This document shows, piece after piece, positions 37,501 to 51,738 of a stretch of 64,000 nucleotides of DNA. Where the stretch lies: assembly GCA_047967505.1 (NCBI GenBank), contig CM106538.1. One strand, written 5' to 3'. The translations under genes and the position numbers were made by a program. Numbering within the stretch: position 1 is the stretch's first letter; each line of letters starts with the position of its first letter. Source of the stretch: Dipteris shenzhenensis. Lineage: Eukaryota. A model generated the notes under the pieces. That model was not told the DNA's origin and made no database searches. It saw nothing but the letters and a program-made list of their open reading frames with translations.

Positions 37501-38191
37501 GTTGCTGAGGTTGCGGACGCTGCCATCGAATCTTCTTGGGAAGAGGTTTAGCGGGGGTCTCGTTGTGGAGGATTGGTATAAAAGGATGTTGGTCAAGAAG
37601 TTTATCTCCACTTAAGGAGGGGTAGATGACTATGAATGTCAGAGGGGATCTCGTTGCTGAGGTTGCAGACACTGCCATCGAATCTTCTTGGGAAGAGGTT
37701 TGGCAGGGGTCTCGTTGTTGAGGCTGTCATTTCTTGCTATCTTGCATACATGTTGGATGCGATTGCACCTTAGCATTGAGCTTGTAGATAATTAGTATGC
37801 AAGTTTGATATTTTTGCATATAGGAGACGGCTGTGATGTTTGGCGAGGGTCTCGTTGCGGAGGCTGCAGACTCTGTTGCCAATTCATCTTGAGTTTTGGC
37901 ATAGCTTTGTGTACTGCGTGTGAATTCATTGCATGCTTTGAGAGTATGGAATGAAAGTGTGTGATACTATTTTTTATGCAATCTATTATGTGCCTATGCA
38001 AAATCATGTGAGTGCATGTGATGTGTCTAACTATATGCTTATTTGTGGGATTTGATAGGGAAACTAAGACTCAAACATCCCTAATGTGCAAAAAACGTGC
38101 GTATGCAGTGAGTGTGCATGTAACAATCTAGTGCAAACTATATGTGTAAAAACGTGCATATGCGAGTGAGTGCTTGTGATACAATCTAATC

Positions 38192-41100
38192 CTAACTAAG
38201 GAAGACTTGGTTTCCCAAATCTTCGTTTTTGTCGGGGATGGCTCGCGTGTTGATGTAGTAGCGCTTCAGTCGGCTCCCGTTTATTGTTGTGTTGAATTGG
38301 ACTCCATCTAGTGTTTCAAGTAGCACAGCTCCGATGGGATTCATCTTTCGTACTCGGTAGGGTCCTTGACCTAGATACTTCAGTTTTCCCTTGTGTACTT
38401 TGGCATTGTATAACAGGACTAAGTCGCCTTCCTTGATGTCTTTAGCTTTCAGATTCCTGTCCAAACCATGCCTTTCTTCGACGTTTTTCTGTTGTCATGG
38501 CATGATAAGCAACTAGTCTTGTCTCTGTATGCTTTTCCAACTGACAGAGCCTTTCTTTCAAGGACTCATGATCACCCATGCGTTCCTGTATTGCGATGCG
38601 TAGACTTGGTATTACAAATTCGAGTGGGACCACGGCTTCACGGCCGTACACCAATTGAAAAGGTGTGTTCCCTGTACTGACCTTGAATGTGGTTCTGTAT
38701 GCCCATAAGGTTGCATTTAGTTTCTCTGCCCAATCAGAACGCTGTGGTTCTACTACCTTGGTGAGGATATTGCATATGATTTTGTTTGTGGATTCTGCTA
38801 GTCCATTCCCTTGGGGGTAGTAGGGTGTGCTTTTTCTATGAATGACCATGAAGCCAGACAAGAGTTCTTGGATTACCTCATTGACAAAATGTGTGCCTCT
38901 ATCCGACACAATTTCAAGGGGGCATCCGAATCGGGTGATCACATGTTCGTACAAGAATCTTGCTGTGCTTTTGGCATCTGCCTTTATGACTACTTTAGCT
39001 TCAGCCCATTTTGTAAAGTAATCAGTGGCCACAATGATGTAGCGTGCCTGTGTTCCTTTTGCTGCTAGATGTATGGGACCTACATAATCAATCCCCCATT
39101 TTTCAAATGGCTGTTGTGCAACAACTGTTGTTAGGGGATTGAACTCTTTGTGTTGTGGTTTAATAGTTCGTTGGCATACATCACAGCCTTTTACATATTC
39201 ATAGGCATCTGCCCACGGTGTTGGCCACCAGTAGCCGGCGAGGAGAACTTTTCTTGCTGTGGCTTCTCCTTGGAAGTGTCCTCCTGCAATGCCTTCATGG
39301 ACTTCACTCAGGATAGGCAGGATCTCATGAGGCATTACACATCTTCTGAATATCTGGTCCTTGCCCATCTTGTATAGTTGTCCTGCAATGAGTTGATATG
39401 GTGCAGCCTTTAGAATCAATTTTTTGGCATCTACTGCTTTCATGTCAGGGGGTGGTCTTCCTGCCATCAAGTACCCAATGATATCTCCACACCATTCTGG
39501 AACAGCATCTATTTGAAATAGTGTGGCATCTGGTAAGTCATCTTCTACTCCAGTGGCTTATTCTCCTGTCTTGACTCGAGACATGTGATCGGCAATGTAG
39601 TGTTGGGCACCTTTGCGGACCACAATTTTGAAGTTGAATTCTTGCAGCAAGAGGAGCCATCTGGTTATTCTTCCTATGGTACACGGACGGTTCACAAGAT
39701 ATAGCAATGCTTGATGGTCGGTGTAGAAGACAAAATCATTTACGAGAAGATAGTGCCAAAATTTCTTTACACTGTACACCATTGCTAGGGCTTCTCTTTT
39801 GTGGTTGTATAGTTGATCTCTGCATCATTGAGTTGTCGACTGGCGAAGTAGACGGGGTAGTCTTTCTTATGTTCACCCGGTTGACAAAGCACACTCCCAA
39901 TTGCATACTTGGATCCATCAGTATGAACATGAAAATCAATATCCCAATTGGGAGATAGAAGGATGGGTGCTGTGATTAGGCGCCACTTTAAAAGCTCAAA
40001 GGCTTGGTCGCACTCTTCGGTCCATAAGAACTCCACTAATAATTTGTAAAGTGGTCTAGCTATCATGGCATACCGCAATATAAATCTTCTATAATAGCCG
40101 GCATGTCCCATAAAGACCTGTACACCTTTGGAATTTGTAGGAGGAGGCAATTCCATGATGATTTTGATTTTGTCCATGTCAGTTGCAATTCCATGTTAAG
40201 AGACGATGTGTCCCAACACAACTCCGTGGGTGACCATGAACTGGCATTTTGTTGGATTTAGGGAGATGCCATACTCCCTGCATTTGATTAGTACTTCTTC
40301 CAGACATTTGAAGTGGTCCTGTTTGGTTGAATGGATGCACAAATCATCCAAGAACACCTGTAAAAACTTATTCAAAAATGACTTGAAAGCTGTGAACATG
40401 ACTCGCTGGAATGTGGCTGGGGCATTACAAAGGCCGAATGGCATGACTCTATATGCAAAAATACCCCATTCTGTAGCAAATGTTGTTTTTGATTGGTCTT
40501 GAGGAGCAATTTGTACTTGGTTATAGCCACTGAAGCCATCCAAGAAGCTATATATTTCAGATCCTGCCACCTTTTCCAACACTGTTTCTGTTAAGGGTAG
40601 GGGGTAGTGATCCCTAATTGTGGCGGCATTCACATTTTTCAAGTTTACGCATATTCTGAGCTTCTTGTTGTGTTTAGGCACAATGACAATGGGTGAAACC
40701 CAATCAGTGTGCTCTATCTCGTAGATGAATCTGGCATCTAGGAGTTTTTCCAGCTCGTCATAAACCATGGTGCCATATTTAGGATTTGTGCGATAAGGTC
40801 CACATACCTTAGGGCGAGCACCTTCCCTTATAGGGATCGTGTGAACTGCCACTTCTGGTGAAATTCCTTTCATCTCTTTGTATGACCATGCTAGGCAGTC
40901 ACGGTATTCCATTAGGAGGTCTTTGAGTTTGATTTCATCTTCTTGGCGGAGCTGTTTCCCAATGAAAACCAACTTTTCTTCCTCCCCTTCAAGGGCGAGG
41001 TTTATTGTGCATGTTTTTGCCGGTCCCTCATAGATTGGAGTTTCTCCAATGCTATCGGTTTCTTGAACTTCAGATTCTCTGATTGGTCTTGGCATTGCTA

Positions 41101-44100
41101 TGAGTGCACTGCCACTTGTATAATTCTTAAAGTATTCCGGCACTTCTCGAAGATCGGCCTCTGATGGGGTTGAACTAGCCTGAGATGTGTCATGAGTACT
41201 GGGTGGCATAGTTGCATTTAGTAATTTGTTAGGCTCTTCTTTCCTTTCTTTTTCTGAAGTCTCTGGATCGAGCTTCATCCGCACATGTGGCTTATATTTC
41301 CGAAACTTCTTACGTTGGGAACTGTGGGGTAACTTTTCCACTGGCAAGGTGTTTCCAAGTAAGGGTTCATGTGCTGCACATACTCCTTCCAGCCCCTCAG
41401 GGGACCATTCAAGAGGTGGTGGTTTTGACTTTGAGGGGACTACCTTTGCAAGATACAATTCCACAATCCGTGTTTGGACTCGTTCGAATTCATTGAAGTG
41501 CTCGGCCTTGGCTCTTCTGCGATTTCCTCCTGCAGCTTTCTTGCGGGATCGTCTGCTGTTATGCAACTGTGGAGGTTCAACTTTTGGGAGCTCCACTGCC
41601 ATTAGGGCATGCAGAATGGCTAGGTCATTATCAAAGATTTGATCTTCAATTTCAGTATTCGCAGCCTCTGTGTCAAGGTCCCAAGGAAAATCTGAGTCAT
41701 TATTGGTATGGGTACCTTCTTCAGGTTCATTATCCCATTCGAGGTCAGCCATAAAGAAGGGCATCTCTAGATCGATTGGTTCTTCATGCGTCGGTGGAGG
41801 ATCGACCTGTAGTGCGTTAACATCTATCTGTGAGAAGATGGGGTCTAATGAATGGTAGTTGTCGATGGTTGCCAATGTTTGTATCCAGTTATTGACATTG
41901 CTTTGTGAGTTACCTGCTATGGCATGCTGTTGCAAGGGATCTGATTTGCTCGAGATTGTCGTGGAAGATGTGTCATCCAATGCTCTAGGAACAATTGGTT
42001 TAATAACTCCTATCCTATCCCCACATTCACCCTGACTGCAGTGTCTCGATTCTGGATTGTCAATCTATCCGTTCCCCAGTCATGGAGGACTGATGCTTCC
42101 CGTAACCAAGGACGTCCCAGTAAGATTTGATAGGATTTTTTGGGGAGATCCAAGATTGTGAATTGAAGGGAAAAGCGGACTCCTGCGATCTTTGTGGACA
42201 CGCCATTCACTATTCCCAAGGGTTTAGCCCGTGAATCATCGGCAAGGTGTATGTTGAAATTAGCCTTTTGCATTGGTGGGAGACCCCATTCTTCGTAAAG
42301 CTCCTTTGATAGGACATTGACACCTGCTCCACCATCCACTATGGCTTGGATTTCATTATAGGCCTTGTGGATCAAAGGCACAATGATGTTGCGTATGTCA
42401 TCTTTCTCACCCATCCACACAGGGATATCATCAATGTCGTTCATAGGTGGAGGGGGATTTGTGAGTTCAATCCATCCTTTGAAACTCTCCCAGAGATTGG
42501 GACAATTTCGTAAGAGGATTCCGATGGGAATGGACACAGGGCAACTCATAATGCTAGAGAGTAATGCTAGAGAGTGCAGCTCCTTCAAGTTGACGTGGCG
42601 GTACATTCTGTTGTGGAGTCTGTTGTTGGAACAAAGGCTCGAGTACAGTATCAATACTTTGTGGGGCCAAGTCTTGGGGTGGGTCTTGAGCTTGTTTCTG
42701 AGCCTCAAATTGAGCTTGTTCATTTTGGACCCATTGCTGAAGTGCCTGAAAATGAGCCTTCTCCACCTCTGCATTCGGGAATGGAGCTTCTTTTATTCGA
42801 GGCTCGGGAGTTGATGTGGATGAGCTCGACTGCTCATTGCTTGGTGGAGGTGCAGGCACTTGTGCTTTCTTTTTCAGAAGTCGCTTCGGTTGGATTGGAA
42901 TGATAGGGTCCTTTGTGGCCTCTTTCTGTTGGCGTGTAATTACATTGATAGGTTGTGACCTAAGACTTGCCGGACCCAGACTTTGATGGTCCACCCCAAT
43001 GATGCCGATGGGGACGTCAGGCTTAACCTCTGTTTGTTCTGGGACCTTATTTTTCATGGGACAATCCATACATGCATGTCCTATGCCACAATCTCTGCAG
43101 AGTGGTTGGAAAGTGGCTGGGTTACCGCGATGAGGGCACTCTGCGATCCTATGATTTTCTCCACAACCGTAACACTTGATTGGTGCTCGAAATGTGTTGG
43201 GTCGCACTTGATTTGCATAGACTGGTATTAGACCCTCTGCACCTTCTACATAGTACACTGGGTACTCTGCTTCATACTCAAATAGTGAGTCTACTTCTTC
43301 GGCTTGTAATTGATGTATGGGAACTGCCTACGGCGGAGCTGGATTTGGTGCTCTTGGATACGGTCATGGATTCGGATTCCTGAGTAGTTGTGGGACTTGT
43401 GTCCGAACGGGAACATGATTTAGTCTCGGAGCTGGGGGCGCTTGTGCAAGTGCCGGTTGCCTGTATACTGGCATGGGTGCCGCTTGGTATTGTGGTGGTC
43501 GAGGCGGATTGTTGCGCATGTTGAAGATGCAACTGGTCTCATCATGGCCGCCGACGACACAGATATGGCACCACAACCGTGGCAGTGGATTTGCTTGTGC
43601 AGTGATTCTTGCTCTTAGGACCGGGCATTCATTTGCTGTATGATTTGCCAAGCAGTGTGGGCACCAGACATTTTCTCGCCGTGGATATGTTTGAGTTGGC
43701 GGCTGAGACAAGTGAAGTTTTTGATCCATGGCCTGCATCATATCTTCTTTCAGCTTCAAGGTCATGGCCTCGAGGCGATCTTCATTGGATGTTTTGGTAG
43801 AGTCCTTTGATTTACCTTTTTTCGAGCGCTTATCTCGTGTATTTGATCTAGCATCATCACTGCTATTGTCTGAATCTGTCATGCCATCTTCGATGTCAAT
43901 GGAAGCCGCATGAGCAGCACTGAATGTTTCATAGCTACTTATCTTTTTCATATCCTTGCGGATTTTCTTTCGTAGACCTGCTATGAACCATGCCGTGAGG
44001 TACTTTGCATCTGGGCGTGGGTCACATTTGGCGATCAATCTCTTCATCTTTCCCAGGTATGTGTGTACATCTTCCCTCCGGCCTTGTTCGATCTTGCTGA

Positions 44101-44464
44101 GTTGGAGAGCGGGATCATCTTGTAGCCTCTCCGTTTGAAAGCGACGTTTGAATTCGGTTTGAAGTAGGTCCCATGTGGCACGTTCTTCCACGAGAAGGTC
44201 GAGGTACCATTCCGACGCCTCATCGGTTAAGGCCATTGGAAACCAAGCCACCTTGGTTTCATGGGATTGATCACCACCTGCTCGACATGCGGCATCAAAA
44301 TGCTGGAGGAAGCGAGCTGGGTCTCCCCTACCATTATATTTGGGAAGTTCCAGTTTTCCCAAGGGGCGTCGGCCGTTATTGTTGTGATTGCGTCGATTGA
44401 AGAAGTTGTCGGCCTCGGCATCGAGCTCGATGTCCCCATCATGCTCAGGATGACGTCCAGCCAT
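38192..44464 (-). pseudogene. Gypsy gag-protease-RT-RNase H-integrase, with stops and frameshifts
   Basis: Gag 43364-44464, CCHC-like knuckles, AIVDGGAGVNV protease, FLDGFSGYNQV/MPFGLCNAPATFQR/VFLDD RT, HTDGSKYAIG and YTDHQAL RNase H, WGIDYVGP/IVSDRGTHF/PQGNGLAE integrase, GPYRV module; gypsy domain order. Confidence 0.96.
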
Positions 44465-45329
44465 GTTGGGGCGTGGAGGAGTTAAAGGAAGTCGATGAAT
44501 CTCAGGGGGGGATTCGGGGTAGAGGATTGGCGAGGGCGGTTGTTGCAGTGGAGTTAGTTGCGGATTGGGCGAGCGTTGGAGTCGAAGTCATTGGCCGGAA
44601 CGTAACTGCATGCAGAGGGTGCGTGATTTGCCAAGGGTATCGCTACCCCAAGTGCGGGTGTGGAGGTGATGTTGTTAGGAGAGTTAGAGTGATGTTAGTT
44701 TGTGTAGGGACCGTCGTGTTAATAATGTGCCTAGGATTGTCCTACGTGTGTAGGGAAATGTGCCGGTGCAGACGGATCGTTAATCGGAGGTCGCGGCGTG
44801 AAAATACGAGTGAATTAATGCAAAATGAGGCCCACACGGGGGCACGAATGAACGTGTGCTAGGGATGCCAAAATGGTGTGCAATGGGCTAGAAAAATACC
44901 CCATAACGTGGTGTTTCCGTGTGTGAAATCTGGGTTCAAATGGGGTTCAATTCGGGTCCCAAACGGATGAGTTTCGAGGGGTTAAAGGAGGGCTAAATTT
45001 GGCGTTTTGGGGGGTCCTAATGGTGGTGTGAATGGACTTTAAGTCCAACCGAGGGGTAGAAACCAAGTGACTCTAGTTAGACTAACTAACCTAGATCCTC
45101 CCACTAACTGTAGTTAAATACTAACTGAAGAGTTAGTCTAACCTAACTGAGGGTTAACTAAACTAACCTCAGTTACTACTAACCAAACCTAAGTAGCTAA
45201 TCTAACTGAGGTTAACTAACTAGCCTAGGGTTAACTAACCTAACCTAACTGTAGTTAGTACTAACCTAACTATGGTTAAACTAACCCTAGAGTTTAGTTT
45301 GGTTTTTTTTTTTTTTTTTTGGTGTGTTT

Positions 45330-46872
45330 GGTTAGGTGGGGGGCTGCCCGGCGGCGGCGCCCGGGGGGGGGGGGGGTGTTTCGCGGGGGGGTGAGGGGGG
45401 GTTGCGCGGGGGGTGAGGGAGGGCGAAGGGGTGCGCGGGGGGGGGGGGGGGGGTTGGCGCGGGGGGGTGAGGGAGGGCGAAGGGGTGCGCAGGGTGCGAG
45501 GGAGGGCGAGGGAGGGCGAAGGGGTGCGCGGGGGGGTGAGGGAGGGCGAAGGGGTGCGCCGGGGGGCGAGGGAGGGCGAGGGCGAGGGGGCGGGGTGAGT
45601 GCGGGCACGGGGAACGGGGCGGGGGAGGGCGGGGGGTGAGAGAGGAGAGAAGGCGGGGTGGCGCGGGCTGGGGGGCGCGGGGACGGTGGCGGGGGGGCGG
45701 CGCTACGTGCGCCGCCGCGGGGGCGGGGCGGGGGACGGCGTGGGCGGGGGGCTGGGCTGCGGGCGGGGGCTGGGCTGCGGGCGGGGGTGGCGCGGTGCGC
45801 GCCACCGCGGGGCGGCCCTAGGCTACGGCGGGGTGGCGAGGTGCGCGCCGCCGCGGGGCGGCGGCAGCTCTACGGAGCGCCGCCGCGGCGGGGTGGGGGG
45901 TCACAGAGAGGGGAGAGGGGGGGTAAGGGGGAGGGGGTAAGCGTGAGAGAGAGGAGAGGGGGGGCGGGGTGAGAACGAGGGGGAGAGAGGGGAGAGGGAG
46001 TGAGAGAGGGGGTGGGAGAGGGAACGAGGGGGAGAGAGGAGAGAGGGAGTGAGAGAGGGGGATGGGGAAGGGGGAGGGGGAGATGAAGGGGGAGGGGGAG
46101 GGGGGAGAGGGAGAGGGGGGGGAAGAGGGGGAGGGGGGGGGGAGAGGTGGAGGGGGGGAAGGGGGAGGGGGGAGGGGGGGGAAAGGGGGAAGGGGGGGGA
46201 GGGGGAGGGGGGAGAGGGGGAGGGGGGAGGGGGAGGTGGAGGGGGGGGAAGGGGGAGGGGGGAGGTGGTGGTGGAGGGGGAGGGGGAAAGGGGGGTGGAG
46301 GGGGAGGGGGGAAGGGGGGTGGAGGGGGAGGGGGGAGGTGATGGTGGAGGGGGAGGGGGAAAGGGGGGTGGAGATGGAGGGGGGAGGTGATGGTGGAGGG
46401 GGAGGGGGAGAGGGGGGGGTGGAGATTAAGGGGGAGAGGGGGGAGGTGGTGGTGGAGGGGGAGGGGGAAAGGGGGATGGAGATGGAGGGGGGAGGTGGTG
46501 GTGGAGGGGGAGGGGGAGAGGGGGGGGTGGAGATTAAGGGGGAGAGGGGGGAGGTGGTGGTGGAGGGGGAGGGGGAAAGGGGGATGGAGATGGAGGGGGG
46601 AGGGGGGAGGGGGGAGGTGGTGATGGAGGGGGAGGTGGTGGTGAAGGGGGAGGGGGAGGGGGGAGGTGGTGATGGAGGGGGAGGGGGGGTGGAGGGGGAG
46701 GGGGGAAAGGGAGGTGGTGGTGATGGAGGGGGAGGGGGGAGGTGGTGGTGAAGGGGGAGGGGGAGGGGGGAGGTGGTGATGGAGGGGGAGGGGGGAGAGG
46801 GGGAGGTGTTGGTGAAGGGGGAGGGGGAGGGGGGAGGTGGTGATGGAGGGGAGGGGGGAGAGGGGGAGGTGT
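45330..46872 (+). repeat. About 1.5 kb extreme G-rich low-complexity tract in the gypsy 5' leader
   Basis: CpG-rich G-runs at 45330-45900, then almost pure G/A with GGT (GGGGGA/GGAGGTGG units) to ~46870; preceded by poly-T at 45303-45320. Confidence 0.95.
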
Positions 46873-48294
46873 AAACAAAAGACGGAAATCGAAAAGCAGG
46901 GAGAAGTGGTCACCTGATCGCTCTCCAAGTCTTTCTCGATGTAACGGGATTGTCGCGGAACAATGGACGGTGGGTGGAAGGCTAGGTCATCGCTGCGAGA
47001 AGGGCTCGATGATGGCGAGGATAGGAGTAAGGGGGTGGTCGATGGAGAGGGAGGAGTGTCTTGCGTGGGGCTCGGAATGAGGAAGAGAATGGAGGCAAAA
47101 GTGAAAGATGAAGAATGAGGGGGGTGGAGTAGGTTTTTATAGGTTTGGATTTTAGGTTTAGGGTTTAGGTTTAGGGTTTAACCCTAAACTCTTCCCGAGC
47201 CATAACTCTTTATGGAGAGCTCGGTTTGCCTTTCTGTAAAAAGGTAAAATGATCGTAATTGAAAGCTCTACGCAACCGTGTCCACTACCTAGCCTAATTG
47301 TACATCATGTGGCTTTTACACCTACCTACGCATGTTTACTCGCTACTTAAGACGCTAGTCTCCCCGGTAACGGCACCAAATGTTGGCTCTTTCTTACTGC
47401 TTTCATAGGAAGAGTTGGGTTTTCTATGTTGTAGGGTTCCGAGGCTTTTTGTCACCTACAGATATATTGGAATTGTCGTTGTAGTATATGTGTAGCTTAG
47501 GACCTCGAGTCATGTTCCGGTGAGAGACGTAGGCTTAAGTGTGGTAAGCAAGTAAAGTGCAAGCATGTGTAAAAAGGCACGTATCCATCGTTGTTGGGGT
47601 AATGAAGGCTTTCGCCTTCATTGGGGGTTGTAGGGTTTAGGAGGAGTTTAAGGGTTCAGAAGGAGGTTCCAGGGTTTAGAAAGAGTTCAAGGGTTCAGAA
47701 GGAGGATCCAGGGTTTAGAAAGAGTTCAGGGTTAGAAAGAGTTCCAGGGTTTAGAAGGGGTTCCAAGGTTTAGAAGGAGTCCAGGGTTAGAAGGAGTTCC
47801 AGGGTTTAGAAGGGGGTTCCAAGGTTTAGAAGGAGTCCAGGGTTAGAAGGAGGGTCCAAGGTTCGGAGTAGAGTACATGGTGGAGAACTCGTCTCCCTCG
47901 TAGATCATGGAGTTTAAGGGTTTAGGAAAGCATAGGAGTGGGAGAGGAAGAAGGTGTAAGAGCATGGGTGAAGGAAGAGAGAGAGGAGGAAGGAGGAGGA
48001 GGGAAGAGGAGGAGGGAGAGGGAGGGGAGAGGAGGAGGAGGAGGAGGGAGGAGGAGGAGGAGGAGGAGGAGGGAGGAGGGAGGAGGAGAGGGAGAGGGTG
48101 GGTTGCAGGGTTGGAGGAGAGGGGAGAAGGGTTGCAAGGTTAGGACATGCTTTTGGACGTGCAGTGCAAGAAAGCATGGACACTTGAGACAAATGCTTGG
48201 AATACCAATGTAGACTCAACACAATGCCCCAAGAGTGTGGGCTTCATTCCATTATGGGGTATTTATACAAGTTGGAGAGCTTCTCTCTCTGCAT

Positions 48295-48898
48295 GTAACA
48301 CAAAGTCGTATCACAAAGTTGTAACACAAAGTTGTATCACAAAGTTGTAACACAAAGTTGTTACACAAAGTTGTTACACATTCTCTCTCTTCATGTAGAA
48401 GTTGTAACACAAAGTTGTTACACAAAGTTGTTACACAAAGTTGTAACACAAAGTTGTAACACAAAGTTGTGTCACAAAGTTGTGTCACAAAGTCGTAACA
48501 CATTCTCTCTCTTCATGTAGACAAACTCGTAACACAAAGTTGTTACACAAAGTCGTAACATAAAGTTGTGTCTAGAAGTTGTAACACAAAGTTGTAACAC
48601 AAAGTTGTATCACAAAGTTGTATCACAAAGTTGTAACACAAAGTTGTTACACATTCTCTCTCTTCATGTAGAAGTTGTAACACAAAGTTGTTACACAAAG
48701 TTGTTACACAAAGTTGTAACACAAAGTTGTAACACAAAGTTGTGTCACAAAGTTGTGTCACAAAGTCGTAACACATTCTCTCTCTTCATGTAGACAAACT
48801 CGTAACACAAAGTTGTTACACAAAGTCGTAACATAAAGTTGTGTCTAGAAGTTGTAACACAAAGTTGTAACACAAAGTTGAATCACAAAGTTGTATCA
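48295..48898. repeat. 13-bp ACACAAAGTTGTA minisatellite inside the gypsy LTR
   Basis: Also present at ~36927-37247 and ~58872-59105 in the other LTR copies, with different lengths. Confidence 0.93.
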
Positions 48899-49592
48899 CC
48901 TTCTCTTTCTTCATAAGTTCATGTTGGCACAGAGTCAACAACTACCCTCTTCTTTGCATCCTCTCATAAAAATACTATGGAATTGTGTCCTTCATAGGTG
49001 CAAAAGGCCGTGTGTTGGCACCAATCGATATGGCAATTCATTTGCCAACACTACCCTCTTCCTAGTATCACTCGTTCTTCAATCAAGCCCGTGGGAAAAA
49101 CATAAAAGCATGATTGCACATGGTTATTTACAGAGGCATTGATTGTTATATACCCTAGGATGCACATATATTTTCCATTTATAGCATGTACTTCTTTGGG
49201 ATTAAAGATGAGAGGTACTTGGAGTTGCTCCCAAGATGAACTTGTGATTCATGCCCGAGCCGATGAGTGCATTGCAAGATTGGATCATCCTATTCTTTGC
49301 CTAAAACTTGAAAGGAACCCTAGTTGGATATATTGTTATATTCTTAGAATCTCCTACTGCTTCTAGGGTGGCCTTATATATATGGACATCTATCTTTTGT
49401 GCCTCAGTTTAACATTGTAGACCTTGCCCTCTTCGATGGCCTAGCATTTCATTCTTGCCACTTTGGCCTTGAGTTCCTTTTCCCTATGGTTTGCATAAAG
49501 GGTTTGGAGAGTGAGAGGATCTTAGACCATAGTGTCATTTTAGTTTGCTACCACATTGAAGTAGTGGTTCATCTCGACTCCATCTAGTGTTG

Positions 49593-51115
49593 CTATTCTA
49601 TAAGTGCCTTGTGGAGTGACTCCACTATGCGATCGGGACCCATGCCCCCGTATTTGAGTTTTTGCTTTGTGTTTTGAACACTATAAAGGGGTGTTAGGTC
49701 TCCTTCATTCAGTTCCTTATTCCTTACGTTGTGGTTGAGCCACTTTTTGCATCTAGCCTTCTCAACCTTGAGGTAATACACGGTTGGCAATCTTGTGTCA
49801 TTGAGCTTTTCAAGCTCTATTAGGCACTCGACTAATGCATTCTTGGTGAGCCTCTCCCCATAATTGCAATGCATAGGCTGGGTACCACATATTCCATTGG
49901 CATAAGCCTCTACCCCAAAAGCTAAGCTGAAGGGGGTACAATTGGTTGTTACCACCTTGTATGTCATGCAGTATGCCTCCAATGTTGTACAAGCTTGTGC
50001 ACCTAGTCTATGCAATTGGCTTTGATGTGTATCTAATAATCATGCAACAAGTTTTATTCAAGATCTTGGCTAATCCATTTGTTGGTGGGTAGTAAGGTGT
50101 GGAATTCCAATGGATTATCATAGACTCGCTAGCTAAGATTTCTAAGGTTTCATTGAGAAAGTGGGCACCTCAGTTTTCACTAAGAGCTCCAAAGGACAGA
50201 CAAACCTTTTAATTACTTGCTCATACAAGAACTTGGTTGTTCACCTTGCATTAGCCTTCTTTGTAGCCCTACCCTACACTCACTTGCTAAAATAATCTGT
50301 AAGCCAAGGTGATGTATCTAGCTTCCATTCCCTTAGCTACTGGGCTTATTGGGCTAATAAAGGCTATGCCCAATTTTTTGAATGGTTTGTCCAATAGGAT
50401 ACTGATGAGGGGCATCATGTCAGTCTTGTGTGGAACCTTAGATCTCTGGCATGGATGACAACATTTAACAAACTCAACCACATCTCCATGTAGGCTGCTA
50501 CAGACCCATTTGTAGCACCTGGCATGTTGTAAGGTGTGTGGCAAAATGACCACCTACTATGCCTCAATGTTCCTCTTTGAGCACATTATGTAGTTATATT
50601 TTCAAGCAGACCTATGCATGATGCAATCCCTCCCCATGCGATAAAGTTGCAGCATCCTTGATGAGTTTATGGGCCCGCTCCTTGTTGAGGGGCTTGTCAA
50701 TGAGAAAGTTATTGCCCAAAAGTGGCCTATTTTTGTCACCCATTTTGGGATTATATCTATTAGGAACAAGGGGCCATCTAAGAGGTCATCCTCCAATCCA
50801 GTTGGGGGGCTTCCTATTAGGTATTCATAATATATGGTCAGCCAGCCAAGACGTGGGGGTTTCCCTTACACATTGCGATTGCAAAGTTGAACTCTAGGAG
50901 AATTAGCATCCACCTTGTGATACACCCAGTCATACATGGCTTGTCAACCAAATATAGCCTAGTGATCTTCAAACAAGACAAACTTGTTTGCCAACAAGTA
51001 ATGTCTAAACTTCTTGACTATGTACCCCATGGTAAGGCCTTCATGCTTTGTGGTGGTATAATTTACTTTGACATCTTTCAACTACCGATTAGCAAAGTAT
51101 ATGGGGTAATCTAAG
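49593..51115 (-). pseudogene. Old, heavily decayed gypsy RNase H/integrase
   Basis: VKCCHPCQR, KPFKKLGIAFISPI, TPFSLAFGVEA and GMGPDRI are collinear with the integrase at 38192-39470. Confidence 0.85.
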
Positions 51116-51738
51116 TTGTTTTCCATCACTTTTTTTCAACGACCGATTAGCAAAATATAGCAAAGGCCAATCCGTGTGGTGTAAGAGAAGAAGAGAACCT
51201 CCTCTGTCATGTTCGTCTCCTCAACCCGAGCTGCTCTCTTGGATCCCACTGCAGCTCACAAAGAGGGCGGCCCTCCCATAACCTGAGTCGCCAAACCGAA
51301 CCCTTTGTCCTTGAGAGCACTCTGTCCAGATCAATATGCCAAAGCTTGCCAAGGCGGCCTACCACCCTGATCTGCTGCCACTCCATGCCTAAGGCGTCGC
51401 CTCCTGCTCCCCGTCCCCCTACCGGGTCTCATCCTACAAGAGGCCTCCTAGGCCCACTTTGTAGTAACACTGCCGAAAGGAGGTGATGGTCTCTTGAAAG
51501 AAACAAACCTTGAGAGGTACTCCTGTACATGAGAACTACCCATCCCAACAATCGAGACCGATGGGGGTGCACAGTGCCTCCCACTAGGATGTCGGGATCA
51601 CTGCCTCAATCTCTGTCATCTTGGCCTCCGCCCCTCACAAGTGAGAGAGCGCCTAAAGTCAATGAGCCTCTCCCTGGGGCAACCGCCGCCAGGACCCAAA
51701 GGATCGCGTCGGGCCAGTATCCCACTGCGTTGGTAAAA

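Larger units (their letters stand above)
35384..48940 (-). mobile_element. Ty3/gypsy element E, non-chromoviral (Athila-like), with a partly inverted 3' LTR
   Basis: 5' LTR 47381-48940; PBS TTTGGTGCCGTTACCGGGGA (47361-47380, minus strand; resembles the Athila-type tRNA-Asp PBS). The 3' LTR is split into an inverted part (35384-35815) and ~36507-37288. TSD ACTAC at 48941-48945 and, reverse-complemented (GTAGT), at 35816-35820. Confidence 0.92.

Noticed and set aside
45294-46928. Long Pro-rich and Gly/Arg-rich ORFs (extensin-like)
   Set aside because: Open in nearly all frames because the G-rich tract lacks stop codons; lies in a retrotransposon leader.
47150-47190. True or interstitial telomere
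   Set aside because: Only a few degenerate units, located inside a retrotransposon.
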